From positions 6,645 to 70,644 of the forward strand of contig JAGVZY010000010.1 of the NCBI GenBank assembly GCA_018302225.1: DNA of 64,000 nt, written 5' to 3'. This DNA comes from Candidatus Woesearchaeota archaeon (GTDB taxonomy: Archaea; Nanobdellota; Nanobdellia; SCGC-AAA011-G17; JAGVZY01). Made by a program: the position numbers and the translations under genes. Every line of letters starts with the position of its first letter. The stretch's first letter is position 1. This document shows positions 36,041 to 43,381 of this stretch, piece by piece. The notes below the pieces were generated by a model that was given only the letters and a program-made list of their open reading frames with translations, made no database searches and was not told where the DNA came from.

Positions 36041-36307
36041 TTAATCCCTATAAATTAAATCGTGATGATCGTAATCTTCAAAAAAAATTGTCTGATTTTG
36101 ATGATCTACTTTAAAAACTAAAACAAAATGTCCTATGTGGACTCTATTCAAGCTTTTCATATCATAAGTTAAAAATTTATAACTATGATTAGGATTTTCT
36201 AAAATAGAATCAATCTTTTTTCTAACTTGAAAATAATGCGTATTATCTTTCTTTTTGAGCTTAGCTAACTTTTTTACAATCTCTTCACTATAGCAATCTT
36301 TGTACAT
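36041..36307 (-). CDS. relE: RelE/ParE-superfamily toxin
   Basis: 88 aa: KKLAKLKKKD...KKIDSILENPNHSYKFLTYDMKSLNRVHIGHFVLVFKVDH, the archaeal RelE pattern. Confidence 0.7.
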   Translation of the reverse strand: MYKDCYSEEIVKKLAKLKKKDNTHYFQVRKKIDSILENPNHSYKFLTYDMKSLNRVHIGHFVLVFKVDHQNQTIFFEDYDHHDLIYRD

Positions 36308-36534
36308 TAAGATACCTCTTTTTCTAATTCCTCACGAGAAAAATGCTTTCCTTTTATAATTTTAGCTAATTTGATTTTATATTCAGGCCTTAATTCAGGT
36401 TCTAAAGAAAGTTGTTCATATTCAGTTACGACTATGTTTATTGCCTGAGACTTATCTCTTAAACCAAATTTTGCTTTTACTATGTTTAACACCCTGTTAG
36501 TATTTTCGTCTATATTTATCACAGCTTGTACCAT
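36307..36534 (-). CDS. Antitoxin (DUF2683-like)
   Basis: MVQAVINIDENTNRVLNIVKAKFGLRDKSQAINIVV. Its stop abuts the relE start. Confidence 0.6.
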   Translation of the reverse strand: MVQAVINIDENTNRVLNIVKAKFGLRDKSQAINIVVTEYEQLSLEPELRPEYKIKLAKIIKGKHFSREELEKEVS

Positions 36535-36569
36535 ATTACATCACGTATATAAGTATATATGTCTTATAT

Positions 36570-36702
36570 ATAAATCTTTCTGTAATTTTTGCCACAGTCC
36601 CTCTCAAGTCATGTTTCCCATAGATAACCTGACAGGGCTATAAACACTCGCGTGACATTCTAGGGACCATTTGTCCACAGCCCCTTAAATTCTAAATGTG
36701 AA
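36570..36702. repeat. Composite junction R3 + tRNA-3'-like core + R2, copy A (interrupted at 36702 by the IS)
   Basis: Resembles 39363-39474. The core cctgacagggcta is a degenerate tRNA-Gln 3' end. Confidence 0.85.
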
Positions 36703-37381
36703 CTACTCAGCACTAAAGTGCTGAGCGTCATTAGTTAAATTGAGCTAATCTTAATTGTTCTTTTCCATATTTATAATACTGATAATCAACTGCTTTCCAA
36801 TGTTTCTTTTGGCTATGTTCAACATAGAATCTTACGGAATCTTTTGTAACTGCATCAACAGTTCTATAAAAATATCCCGCACTCCAGAATTTTTTACCCC
36901 ATAACTTATTTTTAAGTAAATCTTTATGATATTTTCTTATCATATAAGATGAGAAACCTTTTAGCTCTCTGACTATTTTTTCTATACTATGCTTCTTCCA
37001 ATTACTAATAAAAATATGTCCATGGTCTGGTCCAAAGTCTATAGCAGGAATTACAAGACCAAGCTTTTCTGATTTTTCAAGGAGATATTTCTTTGTTAAT
37101 TCAAAAACCTTCTTATTCGCAAATACGTCTCTCCTGTATGCAGGAGTAATCTGCAAGTGTAGATTACTTTCTCCTACAGTTGAGCCCGTTTTAACTAATT
37201 CGTTTTTCATTTTTTTCTCCCGACGCAAAGTTTTTATAGAAAGACAGCTTACACTAATTGGTTTCTTTCAAGTAGCGTAGCGTCAACGCTACGTTACATT
37301 TTAGTATGTTTTAGAAGAAATACTTTACGCAATTCATCTCAGACCTAAAGGTATGAGTGTTCTTGTGCTAAAAGGTATAAA
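36703..37381 (-). mobile_element. IS200/IS605-family insertion sequence (tnpA only), about 679 bp
   Basis: Boundaries inferred from the uninterrupted paralogous site 39461-39485 (aaatatgaa|agccgaaat). No target duplication. Subterminal hairpins ctcagcac-taaa-gtgctgag (36706-36725) and tagcgtagcg-tcaa-cgctacgtta (37285-37308). Confidence 0.8.
36731..37228 (-). CDS. tnpA: IS200/IS605 Y1 (HUH) transposase TnpA
   Basis: HUH motif DHGHIFI and catalytic-Tyr region WSAGYFYRTVDAVT. The start may be ATG 37210. Confidence 0.9.
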   Translation of the reverse strand: MRREKKMKNELVKTGSTVGESNLHLQITPAYRRDVFANKKVFELTKKYLLEKSEKLGLVIPAIDFGPDHGHIFISNWKKHSIEKIVRELKGFSSYMIRKYHKDLLKNKLWGKKFWSAGYFYRTVDAVTKDSVRFYVEHSQKKHWKAVDYQYYKYGKEQLRLAQFN

Positions 37382-37504
37382 AGCCGAAATAAAAAATACC
37401 TCAAAAAGTTCCGCCACAAGGCCAACGTGTCGCATCTTTTTTTAGTGCAAGTAAATTATTACCTAAATTTTAGAATCTACGCACACATTAAAAACGTGGC
37501 GGAA
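37382..37504 (-). ncRNA. Linker plus hairpin element S, copy 2 (S = 37409-37504)
   Basis: On the minus strand: ttccgccac...gtggcggaa is a perfect 9-bp outer stem, and the inner stem aatgtgt/acacgtt has one G-U. About 50 nt downstream of the 193-aa ORF stop. Confidence 0.5.
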
Positions 37505-37554
37505 TAAATTTTAAGATAAAAGAAGAATTTATTGAATCTAGATCTTCAAGAAAA

Positions 37555-38136
37555 TTAATAGTCCTGCCACAACCAAGGTCTCTCTTTTCTTACCTCCATA
37601 AATAATTCAAAGCTAAGTTTGTCTTTCTTATCAGGAAGATAATTAGGAAATTTATTTACATCAAAATTCGGTTTATTAATCAAAAAGGTAAAAAATTCTG
37701 TTAAGTCTTCATCAACTAAAACATTTAACCCCCGTTCATAAGATCTTTTGGCTAATTTTTCAACACAATCCCACATATGAAATCCAGCGATTCTAATTAC
37801 TTTAACTATACCTAATTGATTAATTATATAATCTTGATTAGGATAGGAATAAGTTCCATCAGATTTTTTTGTAGTATGAGTTTTAAAATCCATCCCTACG
37901 TTTAGAATCTTATCCGATTCATGAAGTTCAATCATATCTGAAAGGGTAGTATCATTAAAAAGGGCATAATTTATATTAAAACCTTTTTGCCTATATCTCA
38001 AATCTATACATTGGTTTAAAAGAAGTTTATATTTTTGTTTAAACAAATCAGGTTCTTTTACATTCATCCAGCGCTTACACCCCAATTCAAAGTTTATTAT
38101 CTCTGGAATAGGATATAAAAATACAAACTCTTGCAT
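37555..38136 (-). CDS. Hypothetical protein (193 aa), weakly isochorismatase/cysteine-hydrolase-like
   Basis: IRIAGFHMWDCVEKLAKRSYERGLNVLVDEDL resembles the G...CV...A...G..V.V..D core. Other catalytic residues were not identified. Confidence 0.4.
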   Translation of the reverse strand: MQEFVFLYPIPEIINFELGCKRWMNVKEPDLFKQKYKLLLNQCIDLRYRQKGFNINYALFNDTTLSDMIELHESDKILNVGMDFKTHTTKKSDGTYSYPNQDYIINQLGIVKVIRIAGFHMWDCVEKLAKRSYERGLNVLVDEDLTEFFTFLINKPNFDVNKFPNYLPDKKDKLSFELFMEVRKERPWLWQDY

Positions 38137-38156
38137 ATCTAATTATTAATATTTAA

Positions 38157-38218
38157 ACTTATAAAACTAATCTAGATATATAAATAACACTCCAAGGTAT
38201 CTCTGACCAACTAAAACC
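38157..38218. repeat. Junction module B, copy 2
   Basis: acttataaaactaatct...acactccaaggtatctctgaccaactaaaacc. Confidence 0.8.
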
Positions 38219-38265
38219 GAAAGATATATAAATAACCAATATCTTGGTTTATATAACCCAATAAA

Positions 38266-38895
38266 GTGGTTAATATGATAACTCAAAAACAATTCAAAAT
38301 ATTTGGGATATTCGCAAGTAAACCTTTTGTAGAACATACCCGAAACGAAATAAAAAAAGAACTAAAAGAAAAGTCTAATAATGCTCTAGCTTTAACTATC
38401 AACCTATTAAAAAAAGAAGAAGTCCTAATTGAAAAAAAAGTTGGAAAATCTGGTCTTCTAACCCTTAATTTAAACAAAGATTTAACCTTTTCTTATCTCG
38501 AATTATGGAGTTTATCCAAACTTCCCCATTTAGCTAAACTTTCTCTGGAAACCTTAAAAAAAGAAATTACTGAAAACACCCCATTTTATTCCTTAGTTAT
38601 CTTTGGTTCTTATGCTATAAATCAACAAAAGGATAACTCGGATTTAGATATTGCAATTTTTATTGAAAAGGAAAACAATAAAAAGCAAATAGAAGCTTTA
38701 GTGAATAGTGCAAAATTAAAAAGTACAATTGAAATAGATGCACATATTATCCCAAAATCAGAGATGATTGAAATGCTTACAAATAAAGAAGAAAACTTAG
38801 GAAAACAAATAGCACGAAAACATTTAGCTTATTATAATAATAGGATATTTTATGAAATAATCAAAGAAGGGAGGGATCATGGATTTAGGATATAA
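38266..38895 (+). CDS. Minimal nucleotidyltransferase (MNT) with N-terminal wHTH
   Basis: VIFGSYAINQQKDNSDLDIAIFI. The start may be ATG 38275. Confidence 0.8.
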   Translation: MVNMITQKQFKIFGIFASKPFVEHTRNEIKKELKEKSNNALALTINLLKKEEVLIEKKVGKSGLLTLNLNKDLTFSYLELWSLSKLPHLAKLSLETLKKEITENTPFYSLVIFGSYAINQQKDNSDLDIAIFIEKENNKKQIEALVNSAKLKSTIEIDAHIIPKSEMIEMLTNKEENLGKQIARKHLAYYNNRIFYEIIKEGRDHGFRI

Positions 38896-39352
38896 AATTT
38901 ATCTTGCACGAGCTCAGAACGAATTAAACCTTTCAATGATAGTTCAAAAAATAAGTGATAATAAGAAACTACAAATTGAAGTGTTTGAAATGAAAGAAGA
39001 TACTTATTATAGCGCAGCTATTTCTCATGCTTACTATTCAATATTTTATGCTGCAAAAGCTTATCTTTTATTAAAGAATATAAAGACTCTGGCGCCTGAA
39101 GAACATAGAAAAACCTTTGAAGAATTCTCAAAGCTCGTAAACAAAGGTATAATTGATGTAGAATTACTCAGAATCTATCAAAGTATGCTTATCAAAGCAG
39201 ATACGCTTCTAAATATATTTGAACTAGAAAAAGGAAAAAGAGGAAAGTTCACTTATAGAAGAATACCTCAAGCAAATCAAGAACCTGCGCAAGAAAGTAT
39301 AAAAAATGCACAAATATTTTTTAAGAATATATTTAGATTATGTGAGAAATAA
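38879..39352 (+). CDS. HEPN-domain protein
   Basis: All-helical, AISHAYYSIFYAAKAYLL...APEEHRKT. Overlaps the MNT stop. Confidence 0.7.
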   Translation: MDLGYKIYLARAQNELNLSMIVQKISDNKKLQIEVFEMKEDTYYSAAISHAYYSIFYAAKAYLLLKNIKTLAPEEHRKTFEEFSKLVNKGIIDVELLRIYQSMLIKADTLLNIFELEKGKRGKFTYRRIPQANQEPAQESIKNAQIFFKNIFRLCEK

Positions 39353-39362
39353 TAGCCTTATT

Positions 39363-39474
39363 TTGCCACAGTCTCCCAAGTCATATTTCTTCTAAATAAG
39401 CTGACGGGACTATAAACACTCGCGTGACATTCGAGGAACCATTTCCTCACAACTCCTTAAATTCTAAATATGAA
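39363..39474. repeat. Composite junction R3' + tRNA-3'-like core + R2, copy B (uninterrupted)
   Basis: gccacagtctcccaagtcatatttcttctaaataagctgacgggactataaacactcgcgtgacattcgagg...ttaaattctaaatatgaa. Confidence 0.85.
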
Positions 39475-39615
39475 AGCCGAAATAAAAAAATACCTCAAAA
39501 AGTGGATTTTGAGCTGAGAATTCCGCCACAAGGCCAACGTGTCGCATCTTTTTTTAGTGCAAGTAAATTATTACCTAAATTTTAGAATCTACGCACACAT
39601 TCAAAACGTGGCAGG
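39475..39615 (-). ncRNA. Linker plus hairpin element S, copy 3 (S = 39521-39615)
   Basis: Near-identical to copy 2. The single outer-stem change gives U-G on the minus strand and C-A on the plus strand. Confidence 0.5.
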
Positions 39616-39667
39616 AGAAAGTTGAAAATAAAAGAGAAATTAAATGTAGATATTAAGCTTATAAATT

Positions 39668-40360
39668 TTATTTAGTTAATTTAATTTCTGCAAGTTGTCT
39701 ATTAAGAATTACATAAAGAGGAATATAACCATTTCCAAAGTTTTCATGAATATAACCTAAAACCTTCATTTGTGGCAACTTCTCTCTTGCCGAGATTTTA
39801 TTAATCTCATCTTCTATTAATGGATCATTGTTCTTAATTCTTTGAGACAGTTCTTCAAAGCTCAATTTGCTTCCAGTTCTATAAAAATCTATTTCTTCTA
39901 AAGATCTATCTATCCTACTTAATCTTTGAGTATATAATTGAACTTGCTTTTCAGATTTTAATGCCCCAACAGGATAATCTCCTTTTTGTAATAAACTTCT
40001 CGGCGTTCCTTTCCATTCAGATCCTAAGGTAACAATACCATAAGAAGAACTTAAAATTTTAGCTATATTATAATTAATATATCTCGAATTTAAATTAATT
40101 TTATCTAACTTAGACCAAATCGCAATAATTTCTAAAGATTCAAAGTTAAAATCATTAATTCTTTCCACTTCGTCCGCAAAATCCCCTAAGTTAGCACAAA
40201 TATAATCCTGAGCTTCAGAATTATTCTTTTCCTTTAAATTTTTAGCAATATCAATTATCTTTATTTGATAGTTATTCAAAAGAGTTATAACTGGATGTTC
40301 TTCAAAGCCTCTTAAATTCAAGGCATTATTCACTTCTGAATCTGTAAGGGGTAAGTTCAT
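39668..40360 (-). CDS. Hypothetical protein (230 aa), cassette cargo
   Basis: Long ORF behind promoter module B. No family recognised. Confidence 0.55.
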   Translation of the reverse strand: MNLPLTDSEVNNALNLRGFEEHPVITLLNNYQIKIIDIAKNLKEKNNSEAQDYICANLGDFADEVERINDFNFESLEIIAIWSKLDKINLNSRYINYNIAKILSSSYGIVTLGSEWKGTPRSLLQKGDYPVGALKSEKQVQLYTQRLSRIDRSLEEIDFYRTGSKLSFEELSQRIKNNDPLIEDEINKISAREKLPQMKVLGYIHENFGNGYIPLYVILNRQLAEIKLTK

Positions 40361-40380
40361 AATTTAAAAAATGATTCAAG

Positions 40381-40458
40381 CTTTATAAAACTAATCTAAA
40401 AACCCTATCCGTGAGATTTGAATAGAACTCCGAGGTATCTCTAACAACCAACCCAACC
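40381..40458. repeat. Junction module B, copy 3 (core CTAAC)
   Basis: ctttataaaactaatct...agaactccgaggtatctctaacaaccaacccaacc. Confidence 0.8.
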
Positions 40459-40520
40459 GAAACCTTTAAATATCTACACATACATACACGTATTAACACA
40501 TAATACACAAGGCGATAAAT

Positions 40521-40745
40521 ATGGTAAATGTAACATTAGCTATTCCCGTAGAATTAAAACAAAAGATGGATTTATTCAATGAAATTAATTGGAGTGCTGT
40601 TGCAAGGCAAGCATTTGACGAAAAAATAAACGATTTAGAATTCATCAAAAAGTTTAAAGCAAAAAGTATAGTTACAGAAAGAGATACTTTAGAATGGGGT
40701 AAAAAGTTAAATAAAAGTTTGGCAAAAAGAAGGTACTCCGTCTAA
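40521..40745 (+). CDS. Antitoxin-like small protein (RHH/VapB-like)
   Basis: MVNVTLAIPVELKQKMD...NWSAVARQAFDEKI. Stops 1 nt before the PIN gene. Confidence 0.6.
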   Translation: MVNVTLAIPVELKQKMDLFNEINWSAVARQAFDEKINDLEFIKKFKAKSIVTERDTLEWGKKLNKSLAKRRYSV

Positions 40746-40746
40746 A

Positions 40747-41136
40747 ATGGACTTAATCGTAGATGCTAATATTCTTTTTTCTATTTTAATTAAACAAGGA
40801 AAGACCGAAGAACTTATTTTTAAAAATGAATTTCATCTTTTTACTCCAGAATATATTTTTGAAGAATTTGAAAAACATAAATCAGAAATTATAGAAAAAA
40901 CACAAAGAAATTCTGAAGATTTTAATAATTTGACGAATATATTGAAAAAGAGAATAAATACTATTAGTAATGAAGAAACTGAAAGATTTATTATGGCCGC
41001 TAAAAAAATAAGCCCAGATCCAGATGATATTGATTATTTTGCCTTGGCATTGAAAATTAAATGCCCCATTTGGAGTCAAGATAAAAAGCTTAAATTGCAA
41101 AAAAAGATTATAAAATATACTCTACAGAAGAAATAG
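40747..41136 (+). CDS. PIN-domain protein (VapC-like toxin)
   Basis: MDLIVDANILFSILIK...TPEYIFEEF...DPDDIDYFALAL...SQDKKL. Confidence 0.75.
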   Translation: MDLIVDANILFSILIKQGKTEELIFKNEFHLFTPEYIFEEFEKHKSEIIEKTQRNSEDFNNLTNILKKRINTISNEETERFIMAAKKISPDPDDIDYFALALKIKCPIWSQDKKLKLQKKIIKYTLQKK

Positions 41137-41170
41137 TGAAGTTATTTGAATAAAAAAAGAAGTAAATAAT

Positions 41171-41383
41171 ATGATTCAAAATAAAAGAAAATTAAAAAAG
41201 ACCTTATGGGTATTTACCTTATTTTATTTAATAGGATTAATAATTGGTTTGGGTCTAATCTTTTCAATGTCCAACGCCCCAACTACCAAAAATATAATTT
41301 TTATTTTAGTTCTAGACTTTGTTATTATGGGCACAATTACCTATCTCTACATTTGGAAAGAGCTCCCAACAATTGGAATTTAG
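41171..41383 (+). CDS. Small two-TM membrane protein (70 aa)
   Basis: Hydrophobic spans LWVFTLFYLIGLIIGLGLIF and IIFILVLDFVIMGTITYLYIW. Confidence 0.45.
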   Translation: MIQNKRKLKKTLWVFTLFYLIGLIIGLGLIFSMSNAPTTKNIIFILVLDFVIMGTITYLYIWKELPTIGI

Positions 41384-41432
41384 TTAATTCAGATATCGAA
41401 AAAAACCTTCCCTCGAATGTCACGCATCCGGG

Positions 41433-41476
41433 GGTCTCTCCTACATCACACAACAGGCTCACTGTCTGACGAAACG
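41433..41476. repeat. Junction module A, partial copy 3 (right end of the cassette region)
   Basis: ggtctctcctacatcacacaacaggctcactgtctgacgaaacg. It is preceded by tcgaatgtcacgcatcc, a motif also at 32058-32074 and, inverted, in both R2 copies. Confidence 0.75.
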
Positions 41477-41496
41477 AATTTTATAAAAAGAAAAAA

Positions 41497-41658
41497 TTAA
41501 ATCTGTCCAGTTTCAGTATATTTTTTAATCAATCTTTCAACTACCACAGCAGGAGCAAATCCTTTCTGTGCGCATACTTTAACAAAACCATTATAAATTG
41601 CTCTATCTACATTATAATCCAATTGCATTTTTTTCTGTGCTTTAAGACTTGCCGCCAT
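41497..41658 (-). CDS. Unlisted small ORF (53 aa), ribbon-helix-helix-like
   Basis: My own translation: MAASLKAQKKMQLDYNVDRAIYNGFVKVCAQKGFAPAVVVERLIKKYTETGQI. Below the ORF-track length cutoff. The beta-strand/helix/helix pattern is typical of CopG/RHH. Confidence 0.45.
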   Translation of the reverse strand: MAASLKAQKKMQLDYNVDRAIYNGFVKVCAQKGFAPAVVVERLIKKYTETGQI

Positions 41659-41836
41659 ATTTTACCACCAAAAATTAAATTATTAATCAAGTTTATAAGT
41701 ATTAGCTTTTAAACTATCGAACCAGCTTCTTTAATAATAGTAGTTTTCCAACAGCAGAAACTCTTCTAATGAAAACTATTTTAATCATAAATTATTAAAA
41801 GATAAGTTTATTAAAAACCTTTTCTTTTGAATTGAA

Positions 41837-42109
41837 ATGACTAAAACAACTTGGTATATTTACATTCTAGAATGTCTTGATGGTTCTTATTACACTGGTG
41901 TCACAAACAACCTAGAAAAAAGAATGAAAACCCATCAATCTGGAAAAGGAAGTAAATATGTAAAAAGAAAAGGATTTAACCATTTAATCACCTCCTCCAA
42001 ATGCAAAGACAAATCAGATGCATGCAAAAAAGAATATTTAATTAAACAACTTCCAAAACATGAAAAATTAAAATTTTTAAAAAATCTAAGTCTTAATCCC
42101 ATTATTTGA
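41837..42109 (+). CDS. GIY-YIG nuclease superfamily protein
   Basis: WYIYILECLDGSYYTGVTNNLEKRMKTHQSGKGSKY. Confidence 0.85.
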   Translation: MTKTTWYIYILECLDGSYYTGVTNNLEKRMKTHQSGKGSKYVKRKGFNHLITSSKCKDKSDACKKEYLIKQLPKHEKLKFLKNLSLNPII

Positions 42110-43291
42110 TTTGTTATTATAATCTATAAATATCCAGTTTAATATTCCTAAACTAGTTATAGCTAATAAAGCCAAAACAAAAGCCATTTCGAAAACATTT
42201 GCGGCAAAATACAAAACAGTCAAAGTAACCGCATGTGCAAACATATAACCAAAATTCCTATAAGTTGAAGTATCTAAAAGAGATTTTTGATGTCTATCTT
42301 TAACTAACCTAGCATCCAAAGGCACCATAATAAATAATACACCTAATTCAGCAAAGACTAGTGTCACATACAAAAAGATTCTTGTCAATTCTGAAATATT
42401 TTGTATTCTTAATAACCAAATTATTGCAATCCAAAATGCACCTAAAATAATAAATTTAGATTTGCCCCATTTATCGGCTAACTTACCTATAACAATAGTC
42501 GTAGACATAGCTACAATCGCAATTATTGTAGGCATTATACCTACACTTTCAAAACTTAAAAAAGTTATAAAAACAAATATAGGAATAATCGTATATTCAA
42601 CAGTATAATCTATACCTAAAAAGAAAATTGTCAACAAATTTATTCTATTTTTAGTTTGTTTTAAAAAATCAAAAACCCCATCAACCACCTTAGGCTTCAA
42701 ATGATCCATTTTTATTCTAGATAAAGGAATTAAAGAAGTCAATAACATTAAACTACTTAAAATAACTAAATATTGTTTATTTAAAAATATTAAAAAACCA
42801 GCACCCACTAAAGGAGCAACTAAACCTCCTGTCTGCCTTACAACCATTAAAAATCCAACTTGTTTTCCGACTCCAGCCCTTGGATGAACACATTCATTAA
42901 ATACAAACCAGTGTGCAACCCAATAAAATGAATCTGCTATAGCTAGACAAATTGCCAATGCAACCAACAAGGGCCAGTCATAGTTAGTGGGATATAATAA
43001 CAAAAAACTTCCTATATGCGCAATAATTGCGATAATAATTGTTTTCTTTGCACCATACCAAATAACAAATTTTCTTGCTAAAAAATTAAGTGCAACATCA
43101 GTTGCATTAAAAATAATCAGAAACAAAATGACTTGCTTTAATGGAAATCCCGCACTTAATAATAAAATCGGAATAAATATGCTTACTAAACTTACTCCAA
43201 TAGTATACAACCAGATAGAAAACTCTAATTTAGACAAATCTGACTTAAAATATTTATAGAAATTTGCATAATAATGTTTTAGTACTCTCAT
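42086..43291 (-). CDS. MFS-type transporter
   Basis: 401 aa, about 12 hydrophobic segments in 6+6 organisation. Family assignment by architecture only. Confidence 0.6.
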   Translation of the reverse strand: MRVLKHYYANFYKYFKSDLSKLEFSIWLYTIGVSLVSIFIPILLLSAGFPLKQVILFLIIFNATDVALNFLARKFVIWYGAKKTIIIAIIAHIGSFLLLYPTNYDWPLLVALAICLAIADSFYWVAHWFVFNECVHPRAGVGKQVGFLMVVRQTGGLVAPLVGAGFLIFLNKQYLVILSSLMLLTSLIPLSRIKMDHLKPKVVDGVFDFLKQTKNRINLLTIFFLGIDYTVEYTIIPIFVFITFLSFESVGIMPTIIAIVAMSTTIVIGKLADKWGKSKFIILGAFWIAIIWLLRIQNISELTRIFLYVTLVFAELGVLFIMVPLDARLVKDRHQKSLLDTSTYRNFGYMFAHAVTLTVLYFAANVFEMAFVLALLAITSLGILNWIFIDYNNKSNNGIKT

Positions 43292-43381
43292 TTCAACCTC
43301 TTTTAATTAAATTAAAGATACAGTCTTTAAAAACATTTTTATTTATAAACCTTTATATATCTCTCTTAATTTAAACTAAAT

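Noticed and set aside
37229-37381. Possible tnpB/omega-RNA-type accessory in the IS.
   Set aside because: There is no second ORF. About 150 nt remain between tnpA and the inferred IS end, which suffices only for the left-end hairpin region.
41206-41469. 87-aa ORF overlapping the 70-aa membrane protein in another frame.
   Set aside because: It runs through the conserved non-coding junction module and has an odd composition. The 41171-41383 frame gives a clean two-TM protein.
32084-41470. Classical integron attC sites at the cassette junctions.
   Set aside because: I found no RYYYAAC...GTTRRRY inverted core pairs and no attC-like imperfect hairpins in the junction modules, and there is no intI-like gene in the window. 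Only the general cassette-array analogy is kept.
31220-41480. Possibility that the repeated junctions form a CRISPR array.
   Set aside because: The repeats are 45-130 bp, heterogeneous and spaced about 1 kb apart with complete genes between them. There are no short regular repeat-spacer units and no cas genes.
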